Of a DNA stretch of 64,000 nt, positions 46,428 to 56,546 are shown piece after piece. The DNA is taken from assembly GCA_963709405.1 (NCBI GenBank), contig CAVPXM010000036.1:1-64000 (forward strand), written 5' to 3'. Below the pieces are notes generated by a model. The model had not been told where the DNA came from and searched no databases. It worked only from the letters and a program-made list of their open reading frames with translations. A program made the position numbers and the translations under genes. This DNA comes from an uncultured Nitrososphaerales archaeon. Its GTDB lineage: Archaea; Thermoproteota; Nitrososphaeria; Nitrososphaerales; Nitrososphaeraceae. Position 1 is the first letter of the stretch. Every line of letters begins with the position of its first letter.

Positions 46428-47969
46428 TTAAATATCGTATTCCTCTTCAATTGCGTTGACCTTATGTTCAAAATCTTTTTGTTTGTCTCGCTTGCTATAC
46501 ATTAAATCAGTGTGATCATATTTTTGTTCTTCAATTGTATCAGTTATTTTTTGTATCGGAATCGAATTCCGATACTGAAGTATAACATCGGCATAAGGTG
46601 AACGCCTAAAGAAGTTATCCAGAAATCGCATGCTAGTGAGCCCACCACTAAAGTTAAATCTATCAATTGTAATCATTCTAAATTGGTGTCTGTTTTCATG
46701 CATCAGATAGTACATGTCGCCTCTATGAAATCTAAGTTTGACCGATCTTGAGGCGAGGTTTATATCTATAATCGTTGCAGTAGGATTGCTACCAAGGTTT
46801 GGATTGCCATCTGATACGGTCACTTGATCCCCTACGCTAAAGTCTATGAATTGGCCAAAGGATTCATCTCCCATTAAAGTAACTGTCTGATCATGAAAAT
46901 CAAAAGTTTCCGTGATTAGAGTGAGATTAGTTATCGCAGACCCCTCAGCCTGTCGTTGCTTTGCATTCCTCGAATCGACATATACCTTCCATCTATCTTC
47001 ATGAGATATTTCTTCTCTAATCCTTTTTGAAACATTGAATTCTGTTCTTCTTCTCACTATTTCATTTTCATTAAGTTTGCTGCTATGCGCAAAGGCCCAA
47101 TCTAAGCAACCTTCTTTTAATGAACAATTCTGACAATAGCCAGTAATAGCAGGAGATATTTCAGACTTCCAGAATCGTACATATTTGTCAATGGATTCGT
47201 ATACCCTTGTAAAATTGAATTTCTTTCTGTGACTATCTCTATCAGCAAATTGCCATATGTATTCTGGAGGTGATTGTAAATTTAGCGCCTTCATGAGTAA
47301 GAGTGCTTCAGCATCGGCTTGAAGCTTCCATGTAGATGAGGGAGTCTTAAACCTGCCAGTTTTGATCTGTGTTACTTGTACGAGATTTTTTTCTAAATTT
47401 TGTAAACTTTCAGAGCTGATATATGAGTTCTGTTCAACATATGGAATTCTAATTTTTATTAGATCAAGTCTACCTTCAAGTGGAATATGAATATCGCGTA
47501 TAGTGAATTCAGGTCTGATCACTGATTGTTTATTTTCCGATTCATCCACAATGAGTTTGTCTACGAGTCTATCTCCCCTGGTATAAAGGTCATCCATAAT
47601 AGGGTCAAATGGTTTGTCAACCCCAGCTAGAAGAAATCGTTTCCAGTTTGTGTCTATATCAACCTTGGCATTATGTTCGAAGATTCCGATACCATGTTCC
47701 TTTTCTATGGCATGTCCTCTTTTTGAAAGGTTTATTATTTCCAGCATTGACTTTACAGTGATTCTGTGAACTGCGTTTCCTATCTCACCGCTTGCAGTAT
47801 ATTCATTTGATTCCATTCCAAAAAATGAGATATTGTAGGCTCCGCGTTCGCACAATGCCATTTTTGCAATGGCACCAACTCTTGGAATAATTGTAGGTTC
47901 AAGATGTCGGATAATATCATTTGAACTTGATATTTCTGAATTTGTACTACTAAGATCAAAAACCATCAA
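46428..47969 (-). CDS. Cas4/Dna2-like Fe-S PD-(D/E)xK nuclease with C-terminal beta-barrel domain
   Basis: LCER (first Cys), GNAVH, PEFTI, EGRLD, QIKTG, LQADAEALL, CQNCSLKEGC; then DFSVGDQVTVSDG barrel; ends 6 bp before the helicase. Confidence 0.78.
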   Translation of the reverse strand: MMVFDLSSTNSEISSSNDIIRHLEPTIIPRVGAIAKMALCERGAYNISFFGMESNEYTASGEIGNAVHRITVKSMLEIINLSKRGHAIEKEHGIGIFEHNAKVDIDTNWKRFLLAGVDKPFDPIMDDLYTRGDRLVDKLIVDESENKQSVIRPEFTIRDIHIPLEGRLDLIKIRIPYVEQNSYISSESLQNLEKNLVQVTQIKTGRFKTPSSTWKLQADAEALLLMKALNLQSPPEYIWQFADRDSHRKKFNFTRVYESIDKYVRFWKSEISPAITGYCQNCSLKEGCLDWAFAHSSKLNENEIVRRRTEFNVSKRIREEISHEDRWKVYVDSRNAKQRQAEGSAITNLTLITETFDFHDQTVTLMGDESFGQFIDFSVGDQVTVSDGNPNLGSNPTATIIDINLASRSVKLRFHRGDMYYLMHENRHQFRMITIDRFNFSGGLTSMRFLDNFFRRSPYADVILQYRNSIPIQKITDTIEEQKYDHTDLMYSKRDKQKDFEHKVNAIEEEYDI

Positions 47970-48068
47970 TCGTGCACCATTCTTATTTTCTTAGTATTCT
48001 GTGGCATTAAATGGTCAGGCTGTGCAGGCAAAGAATATAAGGATTAGCAACTGATTAAACTTATCACA

Positions 48069-48848
48069 TTGACTAAACATACTAATCATACTAAACTTAT
48101 AGATGAATCTCTGGAAATGTTACGAATCCATATTGCGCCAGTTGGGTTTGAGGTAGATCGCATCGTTTTACCAGCCAAGAATATGAAAGCCGACCGCATA
48201 TGGCTGATCATCCACAGTGACCCTACCGATGATGCAGGACAACCTTTTGGTAAGTTGATAACCGAACAACTGGAGGCCATCAATATCGAATACTACATTG
48301 AATACGCAGATCGAACAGACTTATTTGACACACTTAGGGCTTTAAGGAAGATAATTTTAAGAGAGAAAAATAATGCCATACTTGTTAATGTTTCTGTAGG
48401 AAGTAAGATCCAAGCAATTGCATCCATGATGGCATGTATGATGTTCAAGGACGAGGTAGACATTATGCCTTATTATGCAGTACCTGAAAAATATGCGACA
48501 ATCCCAAGAGAACAAGAGACTGTTGGCTTGAAGAAGGTTCTGAAGCTACCAGAATATAAGATAGAAACTCCACCAAATAATTTAATCAGGTGTTTGGAAA
48601 TTATTCATCAAAGAACCGGCAACCGGATTGCAAACAAAGACTTGAGGGACCAAGCTTTAGCACAGCAACTTATTCATGTAGAACGTCATAAGAATAAAGA
48701 GCAGTCAGCATATATGGCGCTAAAGACCAACCTACTTGATCCGCTATTAGAATGGAAATTCATAACGGTTGAGAGAGTTGGCAGACGTCATGATTTAATA
48801 TTAACAGAAGATGGACTAAATGTGTTGAAATTTCTTCATTCGACATAG
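48069..48848 (+). CDS. DUF6293/HFX_2341-type regulator (CARF-like Rossmann domain plus winged HTH, Csa3-like); likely start ATG 48117
   Basis: RIHIAPVGFEVDRI, ADRIWLI, NVSVGSK (CARF motif II-like), YYAVPE, C-terminal LLDPLLEWKFITVERVGRR...LTEDG. Confidence 0.85.
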   Translation: MTKHTNHTKLIDESLEMLRIHIAPVGFEVDRIVLPAKNMKADRIWLIIHSDPTDDAGQPFGKLITEQLEAINIEYYIEYADRTDLFDTLRALRKIILREKNNAILVNVSVGSKIQAIASMMACMMFKDEVDIMPYYAVPEKYATIPREQETVGLKKVLKLPEYKIETPPNNLIRCLEIIHQRTGNRIANKDLRDQALAQQLIHVERHKNKEQSAYMALKTNLLDPLLEWKFITVERVGRRHDLILTEDGLNVLKFLHST

Positions 48849-49452
48849 GATCAAAATATATTAAATATCAGCAGTTTTTCTTCAGTTGATTTGAATTGAG
48901 GATTTTTTTAGCAAACATGTCCAAACATGAAAATACTATTATTCAAATACCCTCAATTATACTTCTTCTATAGACTATTATACATCATATGAAATGGCTT
49001 CAATTCTATCTTTAATCTTTAATATTCAATATCTTAATTGGCACCTGTAATGAACAGGTGATATGTTATTCTAATATTATGGTAACAATACATTAAGGGT
49101 ACAATTATGAAACCACATAAATTTTAATGACCGTAATTTTGTCGAGGCATAGCCTGGTAGAACATATGATGTTTGGTAGCATATAGCCTCTCCTAGCAGG
49201 ATGATGAAATAATTTGATATTAACGGTAGCATGATATACTGGAATTATAATACTAAAATTATAATATTGTGTTTAAAGTAGGAAACTAAGATTTGCGAGG
49301 TAATCATCATACTTCAATCTGCGAGAAATATTACGCGCAAATACGTGAGTGGTATTTAAGCTTCTATCACATACACTTGATCAGATCTATGAGTTAACTG
49401 GGGAATGCTTGACGCAAGTCTTATATCAAGTCCAATACCGTACCTATATAGC

Positions 49453-49854
49453 ATGCCAAAGCCTGGATTTAAATCGATTACAGTAAGTGAAAATGTCTAT
49501 AAAAAATTCTATGAGTCATATGAAAAAAATAAGAAAAAGCTAGAACTCAAAGGTATTACCAGCTTCTCGGGATACATGACTAGTTTGATGGAAGAAACCG
49601 TAATAAGATATGAAACTTTTGCCAAACATGGTCCTTACATGGAAAAAATCTCAGTTGATGAAGATCGGATTTTGATAAAAGACAATAAAAGAAACAGGAT
49701 TGCTGAGATACTATTAAAAGATGGAGAATTACAATGCTTATTAGATGAGAAAACTGATTGTGTTCATATAGGATTTGTTTACTCCGTGCCTGAGATATAC
49801 CTAATGATAGATAATAGACATACCCCATCTGCACGCGTTCACTCTATGTTATAA
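49453..49854 (+). CDS. Conserved thaumarchaeal hypothetical protein with ribbon-helix-helix-like N-terminus
   Basis: MPKPGFKSITVSENVY...SFSGY; C-terminal C....TDCVHIGF; CTTATAT box about 30 bp before ATG 49453. Confidence 0.75.
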   Translation: MPKPGFKSITVSENVYKKFYESYEKNKKKLELKGITSFSGYMTSLMEETVIRYETFAKHGPYMEKISVDEDRILIKDNKRNRIAEILLKDGELQCLLDEKTDCVHIGFVYSVPEIYLMIDNRHTPSARVHSML

Positions 49855-50622
49855 AATAATAATCTATATACCAACTAGTCTGACTTAATCTTGAGTTTTA
49901 AGCTAAATCGTGTGCTCACTTTCCATTGCGAACTACACTGATAGTAATATCGCTCTGAATGCATTATTCGATCTACATTAAACACTAAAATTTGATCTTT
50001 TGATTTAAATCTTGTACGATTCTATAGAGCGTCTGGCACGTTCCATCTGGACAATGAGCGTATGCATATATTGAATACACGCATCGAAGTGATAGTTATT
50101 GTTGAATAAACATGGCTAGGCAATCGTTAATGAGATGAACACAACTGATGTCAAAGATTGTTAAATTGAATTTACTCTAGGTTTACAGATAAAGTCCATA
50201 TTAACATAAACCAGTTCTCCAATTGCTTACAAATTGCATGATCATCTGTATAAAGTCCAATTATGTATATCCGCGCAATTTAATATATTACCTCACATGA
50301 CTAAAGTCTACGCATTAATTGAGCCTTTAAGGTGGACACCAGAAGCGTAGTCAAAGCATTTCATAATACCTAGTTAGAGAGTATTACAAATTGAAGGTCA
50401 TCTATCCACAATTATCATATTATAATTTATAGACACGTTTCTTTGTCCTTTCTTAAACATAGAACAAACCTTGTTGGCACAGCTTCCAGCTCTTCATATG
50501 CTTATGTTTCCATCCATAGTCTATATTAGCGACAATTTTAAATCATGACCGCACATACGTAAATTCTTTTCCAGTTAAGAACGAGTGTATCCTTTCAGAT
50601 ACTGCAATTCAGATACTGATCG

Positions 50623-51039
50623 TTAGTACATTGAGACAGCAATTGCAGCGCCCATGGAATCTGAACCACGATTTGGAAGATTTTTAAAGACTAAGTTAAC
50701 CTTACCGGTTTGAATGTATGTATCATTAATTTTTGGTTCTGTAGCTTTAGCATATCGAGCACATAGATGGCATTGAAAGTCGCTAAAATCAATTAAAGTA
50801 ACAGCCGCAGATGTAGATCCCAAGTGTGGAGAACCTTCTTTTATCAAGTTTGCCAAAGAGATATTATTAGCGTTATTACTTCCTAGCGCCAACACTGAAA
50901 CTCCATCAGAGTGATAAGTTAAACCAATTAATATTCCAAAAAAAGCTAGAAGAGAGACAAAAAAGATGCTGTCTATAAACATTATTTCCTTATAATTACT
51001 GCTCCTTCTGGGCTTCATTTTTATTCTATTTAGACACAT
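50623..51039 (-). pseudogene. Truncated DsbA/thioredoxin-fold oxidoreductase
   Basis: LGSTSAAVTLIDFSDFQCHLC, YIQTGKVNLVFKNLP, S..AAIA then abrupt end with no cis-Pro loop. Confidence 0.8.
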
Positions 51040-51180
51040 AACCTGCTATAAAGCCTTTAGAAATTGTAGCATATTCGTTAACATTCAGAAAGTTATAGTA
51101 CATGCGTTCAAAATCTGTGATCAGATAGGTACGAACTATTAATGGGCACTGAGGGTAATGATTACCATTTAAGACCAATG

Positions 51181-51188
51181 TTTATATA
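51181..51188 (+). promoter_or_regulatory. Archaeal TATA box for a probably leaderless transcript
   Basis: TTTATATA 23-30 bp upstream of ATG 51211. Confidence 0.55.
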
Positions 51189-51210
51189 TGGATGGGTGTT
51201 ACTAATAGTT

Positions 51211-51711
51211 ATGTCAACATCAGAAAGTAAAACATCAAAAGATAGCACAAAGATTACGAAAGATGTCAATGTAACTCTATTCGATGTAGCAAACGAAAAC
51301 TTCACAAAATTGGTAAATGAATCTGCAAAGGTTCAGCCAGAGTATGCACAAGCAATCTCCAATTTGCAGCAAGAGTACATAGAAGCATCTAGGAATGCCA
51401 TTCAGACAACAACTTCAGTTCAAAAGCAATTTGCAAACAGCAACAGCAGTTTCAATAACGTCATCATCTCAGACACAACAGCACCATACATTCAGAACTT
51501 GGTAAAACAATCAAATGATTTTACGAACAACATCATTAGAATGACAGACATCAACAATCAGCTAACAATCAACGTATTAAACGCATTAAGAGAAAATGTG
51601 AAAAACTATAGTAGGACAGTCGAAGCTACTGCTGAATTTAACTCTAATCTGGCAAAAGCTTGGGCATCATCCTATTCGTCGGTCCAGCAACAACTTACTA
51701 GAGGACAATAA
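51211..51711 (+). CDS. Amphipathic coiled-coil hypothetical protein (phasin-like character)
   Basis: N/Q/S/T/A-rich helical 166 aa; PEYAQAISNLQQEYI, FNSNLAKAW. Confidence 0.7.
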   Translation: MSTSESKTSKDSTKITKDVNVTLFDVANENFTKLVNESAKVQPEYAQAISNLQQEYIEASRNAIQTTTSVQKQFANSNSSFNNVIISDTTAPYIQNLVKQSNDFTNNIIRMTDINNQLTINVLNALRENVKNYSRTVEATAEFNSNLAKAWASSYSSVQQQLTRGQ

Positions 51712-51799
51712 ACAAATAGGAATACCCATATTTTTTAGGTACTGTTGAGTCAACTAATTTCAGCGTATTAAGAATCGTACACAACTTGTTATTCATTTA

Positions 51800-52695
51800 G
51801 AGCCTATCCCAAAATTATCCTCCTGTAAATAAGAATACAACAACCCAAACATACTAACGCAAAATAGTTTTCTAATTTCTTTTCGTATCTAACTAAAAGT
51901 TTTCTGAACTTGTTGTGCCAGGAGTTAGTTCTTTCTACAACCCATCCTCTTCTTGTATTATGCTTACCGCTCTTTTGTTATTGGTTGTTCGCCTCTATGT
52001 CGAATATTTGGTAAGTATCCTTTCTTGATAACTTCGTTTTCAATCTCCCGAAAGTCATATCCTTTATCAAGACAGAGGTTCTGGTTCTTTCTATAAATCT
52101 TAGAGGATGGTCTTTTAACTACGATATTATCCAGTGTATTTATAGCAGCCTTCATATCATGTGTATTAGTCGCAGTTACAACAACAGATAATGGTATACC
52201 TTGTCCATCAGTTAATACATGATGACGTTTTGTTCCTAGCTTACTCTATCTGTAGAATAGTGCCAGCCAGTCATTTCCCCCCTAAAGGTGTCTTTATACA
52301 TACACTATCAAGTGACTGCCATCTCCATTGGATGCCTACTATACCATCATATACTTTTAGCAATCTAGTCCATAATCTTTGAAATACCTTAGATGTTGAC
52401 CATTGTTGGAATCGTCTATGGCAGGTATGATCCTGAGCCATACTCCTTTGGCAACATCTTCCATTGACATCCAGTTCTTAAGACAAATAGAATGCCATCC
52501 AGTACCTTCCTAAATGATATTGCTGGACGTCCTATGGTATTCGCTGGTTTTTCTGAGGGAAGTATCAATCTTATTTCATCCCATAACTTGTCAGGAATTC
52601 TTTTGACAGTTGGAAGATACCTGATCCTATCGTAAGTCACACTTATGAGAAAAACTCTCTCAAGCTATATGTCTATCTATTTTTGGGATGGGTTC
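51800..52695 (-). mobile_element. IS5-family element (two-ORF, IS427/IS1031-like), degraded
   Basis: IRs GAGCCTATCCCAAAA / TTTTGGGATGGGTTC flanked by TA; RKVLDGILFVLRTGCQWKMLP, LCLDKGYD, RGWVVERTNSW. Confidence 0.88.
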
Positions 52696-53331
52696 TAACT
52701 CAAATATGGCTGGAACATTTGGATATCACTGCCTATACCATCCAACTACAATGAAGGGAATAATACAAGTACATTGACTAACAAAAAATTGTGATTATGT
52801 TTTCCTGCAATTTCTTTGAAGTGGATCATTTTACTCTTCCATAAAAAGCCGAGTGGGTCTATCATATAGTGGTGTCTACAGATAGAAAATATCATGAATA
52901 AATTGCAAGTCGTATAAGCGATAGAGAGAAAAAGAATAGCGACTCTCGTCAGATTCACTCCAGATCATTCTGGAGGACGACCGCCACCTCCGCCCACCAG
53001 ATCCACCGTCATGTCCATGCCCTGAATGATGTGAACCAGAGTGGTGTGGCTATGCCGGTGTTGAGAAAGTAAATACTGATAGTATCTACACTGCTGCTAC
53101 TCTCGTTACTATGGTAACGTTCAATAATAGTGCTTTTACCCCGTAGTGCATATGGTTTTATCAGTTATTGAGAATTCAAAAGTCTTAATGTTAAATTTGT
53201 TAGAAAAACCTCTCTTTTAAGCGAAAAATCTATTGTCATAGTTGCTGTTGTCATGATAGGATCAAAAGTTAAAGAAAAAAGAAATGGAATTTCTTTCTCT
53301 CGTCTACCTACTTACTATTCTGTGTCTGCTC

Positions 53332-54222
53332 CTAAACATGCACGTTAACAAATGGACAGTTAACTATTACTCCCGCAATGTTAGTACTTAGCTTTCCAGC
53401 TTGGGCTGCAGATGTAATTTGACTCAATGAACTCAGGAATTCAGCATGCGATGGATCCTTCCATGTTGTAGCCTGTATTCTCCATAATGGACTGTAGCCT
53501 GTATCACCTACATTTGCAGATGCAATGCTTGCTTGAAAACCCATAGGTCCAGTTCCTTTGATTCCGTTTGCAAACACGTAAAGATCAGACGATGCTCCAG
53601 AAAGTAACGCTGCACCTGTCTTGTTTACAAATGTCACGCCTAATGCATCAGCTACTTTCTTGATAGATGCGTCAGTTGCTATATAATAGATTGTTGAACC
53701 ATCAGGAGCAAATCCTCTATGTCCTAGAAACGTGATCTGCATTTTCTTAATATCGATGTTCAGAACTTGTCCTCCACCATATGCCGTCAGATCAGTTAAA
53801 GTTTTGTCACTTCTTTCTTTCAACGAACCGCCATGCCACTGCACAAAAGGACAATTAACTACCGCATCTGATGGAGTTATAGTTAATTCTCCGTTCTTCT
53901 GTGCAGATAGTATATCAGCTTCTGATTTAATCTCCCTTGGACTAACTCCTTGTTTCCATTCTACATTGTTAATTCTCCACAAAGGACTATATGCTGGATC
54001 GCCTGGCTGAGAATCTGCTACGTTAGGTTGAAAACCTAAGGGACCAGAACCTTTAATGCCATTCCCAAATACATAGATATTTTCGAGTGATTGTGGTGGT
54101 GCATTCTTTAATGCTGGTGTATATGATACTCTTGAATGAGTAGAGTTTGTCAAGTGATCTGCTAGCCCTTTATCTGAAGCTTCCGTTGATATATAGAATA
54201 CCTCGAAACCATTAACATATCT
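53332..54222 (-). pseudogene. Tandem two-domain 'YSPLW' protein (DUF7482-like), N-terminally truncated
   Basis: Two repeats YVF.NGIKG.GP.GFQ...YSPLWRI...VNCPF; frame extends upstream of 54153 as YVNGFEVFYISTEASDKGLA; no signal peptide. Confidence 0.6.
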
Positions 54223-54777
54223 TTCGATTTCTGAGACAGGAGGAGTAATTGCAGGCTGTGTTGTCGCGCCATGGACAGGAAATTACGTTTAATTATTGTC
54301 TTTTCAGGATTGAAAATCAAGGGGGGTACTCTTCTCTCTAGATAGCAGAAGATATAAAATTTGAATGTGTTTCCAATCTATGGTAACTTGTCATGTATCT
54401 CCATACTACCAGCTTTAAAATTTTTTACCATGGTAAATATAGTTTTCATCTAACTTAGATCATTAATTGTGCACTCCCTACACCATATCAAAATAGTCCT
54501 GTATTTTGTCAGATCAGTTCCGTTAGTTATATTATAATTTGGTTTCCATTATTTGCTGTTAACCTTCCAATGTCTCACTTTCCATATCACACTTCACTCA
54601 CGATAAATGACATAAATTTGATATTAAACGTTCTAGAAAACAGATATGTTGATGATTCTTTGAGGACATAGGTATCTGGAACCAAGTTTGTTTTCATATT
54701 AGCATTTTTTAATATTTTTGTGTAGATTTGTACATATCTCAACGCTCATGAATTGAGATATACTTTCTCTATTTATA

Positions 54778-55701
54778 TCAACTGATATTCATAATATTGA
54801 GAAACAAATTGTCGTTGCTATCTGAAAGATCTACTTTACAATATTCTGCAAACTGTTCAAACTTTTTCTGTCTATCTTTGTATAAATGTTCGATAACGCC
54901 ATGAACGGGGCGATCCTTGTGATGATTTTTCAGATATGCAATGGTTGTATCATAGTCATGAATCGTGCCTAGCATATCTTGGACTTTTGCTAATTCTTCT
55001 ATCACTTGAGAGACTTTATCTTCATCTTTATTTTTGCCATTTTCACCAATTGGTAAAAGTTCTAACAGATAACGAAGCTTTTTACAATCCTTTCGCATTT
55101 CATGCAATTCTGATATCCTTTTAGGAGAACTAAGTACTATAGGATAATTCCTCTCTATTGTATTGGCCAATTTGCAAACAACATTATCAAATCTTTTCTC
55201 TAGCTTCCTTTCTGATTTATTGGTCATATTACCATCAAGTTTAGGAAGGCTTAATTTTCTTAATTCCAAAGCTATGCTTTTCGCCTCGCTGAGCTTCCTA
55301 TTTCTAAGGGTTTTTAGCGACTTGAATAAGTTCGTACCTGTTTGCGAAGACTGTATCTGTTGTTCTCGTTTTGGTGAAGGTTCAACAGATAGATATTTGG
55401 ATAACATTTCGAAAATAATATCGTAATCTCTTATCTTGCTATTTATGGAAAAAAGTTCCTTACTTTTCGCTACAAATTCTTTCATTTTCTTTTTATTTCG
55501 GATTGCCTTTGGAAGCGATTGATAGCTAGCTCGTAGTCTTCTGATCGCGGTCCTAATGTCATGAATATGTTCCTCATTAGAAGCCTTGAGATATTCATCT
55601 AACCTGTTGTTTACTCGTTGAATATTTCTCTCTGACTTGTTTAGATATGTCTTGGGATCAATAGTATACAAAATATTATCAATGGAAATGGATTTCGACA
55701 T
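54778..55701 (-). CDS. CHAD domain protein (polyphosphate-binding family)
   Basis: IHDIRTAIRRLR, IRDYDI, LHEMRKDCKKLRYLLE, QDMLGTIHD; start at MSKSI. Confidence 0.9.
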   Translation of the reverse strand: MSKSISIDNILYTIDPKTYLNKSERNIQRVNNRLDEYLKASNEEHIHDIRTAIRRLRASYQSLPKAIRNKKKMKEFVAKSKELFSINSKIRDYDIIFEMLSKYLSVEPSPKREQQIQSSQTGTNLFKSLKTLRNRKLSEAKSIALELRKLSLPKLDGNMTNKSERKLEKRFDNVVCKLANTIERNYPIVLSSPKRISELHEMRKDCKKLRYLLELLPIGENGKNKDEDKVSQVIEELAKVQDMLGTIHDYDTTIAYLKNHHKDRPVHGVIEHLYKDRQKKFEQFAEYCKVDLSDSNDNLFLNIMNIS

Positions 55702-55721
55702 AATAGAATTTATACGTGCAT

Positions 55722-56285
55722 TTACAATATTAATACCGCTGCACTTATAACTGTTGTCCAGAGGCCTTCTTTGTGACCCTCTGCAGATTGCGTAAAATTT
55801 TGTGTCTTGTATATTTTCCCCGAAAGCCTCCATTGTTCTTCCCTCTGATCCCAAGCAAGAGTGGGATCATCTGGTAAACCAATAATTGTGGCAAGCATCT
55901 CCATGGCCATATCCTCAGCATAATCCCCAGCCTTCTGAGCTGTTTCGCCAGTTGAATGATGTTCAGATAAATATCCATATTGTGTATCATCAACCGGTCT
56001 GGCTAAACCAATAGATGCAGCTATTAACCTATTCGGCTCATTAGTAGCAGATCTGGCCATAACTGTAAAAGCAATTTGTCCTGGGTTCAAGTATTTTCTT
56101 CCCTCATCCTTGGCCACGATCTTGCATTGTGGAGGCTTGATACTCGATACAAAGACAAGATTTAGATCTCCAATCGAAGCATCGCGCAGAGCCACCTCAA
56201 AACTTGTAAGATAATCTTTATGTAATCCTTTCCCTTTTGTAAAAAAAATCATCCTCGGAACATATGAAAGATGATTAGATTCCAA
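55722..56285 (-). CDS. pdaD: Pyruvoyl-dependent arginine decarboxylase
   Basis: SFEVALRDA, NLVFVSSI (Ser-Ser self-cleavage site), GYLSEHH, WTTVISAAV. Confidence 0.9.
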   Translation of the reverse strand: MESNHLSYVPRMIFFTKGKGLHKDYLTSFEVALRDASIGDLNLVFVSSIKPPQCKIVAKDEGRKYLNPGQIAFTVMARSATNEPNRLIAASIGLARPVDDTQYGYLSEHHSTGETAQKAGDYAEDMAMEMLATIIGLPDDPTLAWDQREEQWRLSGKIYKTQNFTQSAEGHKEGLWTTVISAAVLIL

Positions 56286-56546
56286 TTCTAACCCAAATCA
56301 CCATCCTCATTCTGTGATTGTTTTCCCATCCTTCAAGGCGGATGACATGATATTTAGAAGTTACTAACCAGTCACCTAGAGGCTACGCACTCAGTTGCAA
56401 GTACATGTAATAAGGATAGCGGGAGGAGCGTTATATACGACAATAACCATAGGCAGGATGATAATACTGATAGTGATATTGACTCGATAGTAGTTGGTCA
56501 TGTTAGCCCACAACCAATCTATGTAGAGGTAACTTCTGGCGATAAA

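Noticed and set aside
53049-53090. Amber read-through (pyrrolysine) for two in-frame TAG codons
   Set aside because: No pyl genes or tRNA-Pyl here and TAG is a normal stop for many genes in the window; decay is simpler
55702-55854. N-terminal extension of the CHAD ORF overlapping pdaD
   Set aside because: Overlaps the conserved pdaD C-terminus in another frame; ATG 55701 is the plausible start
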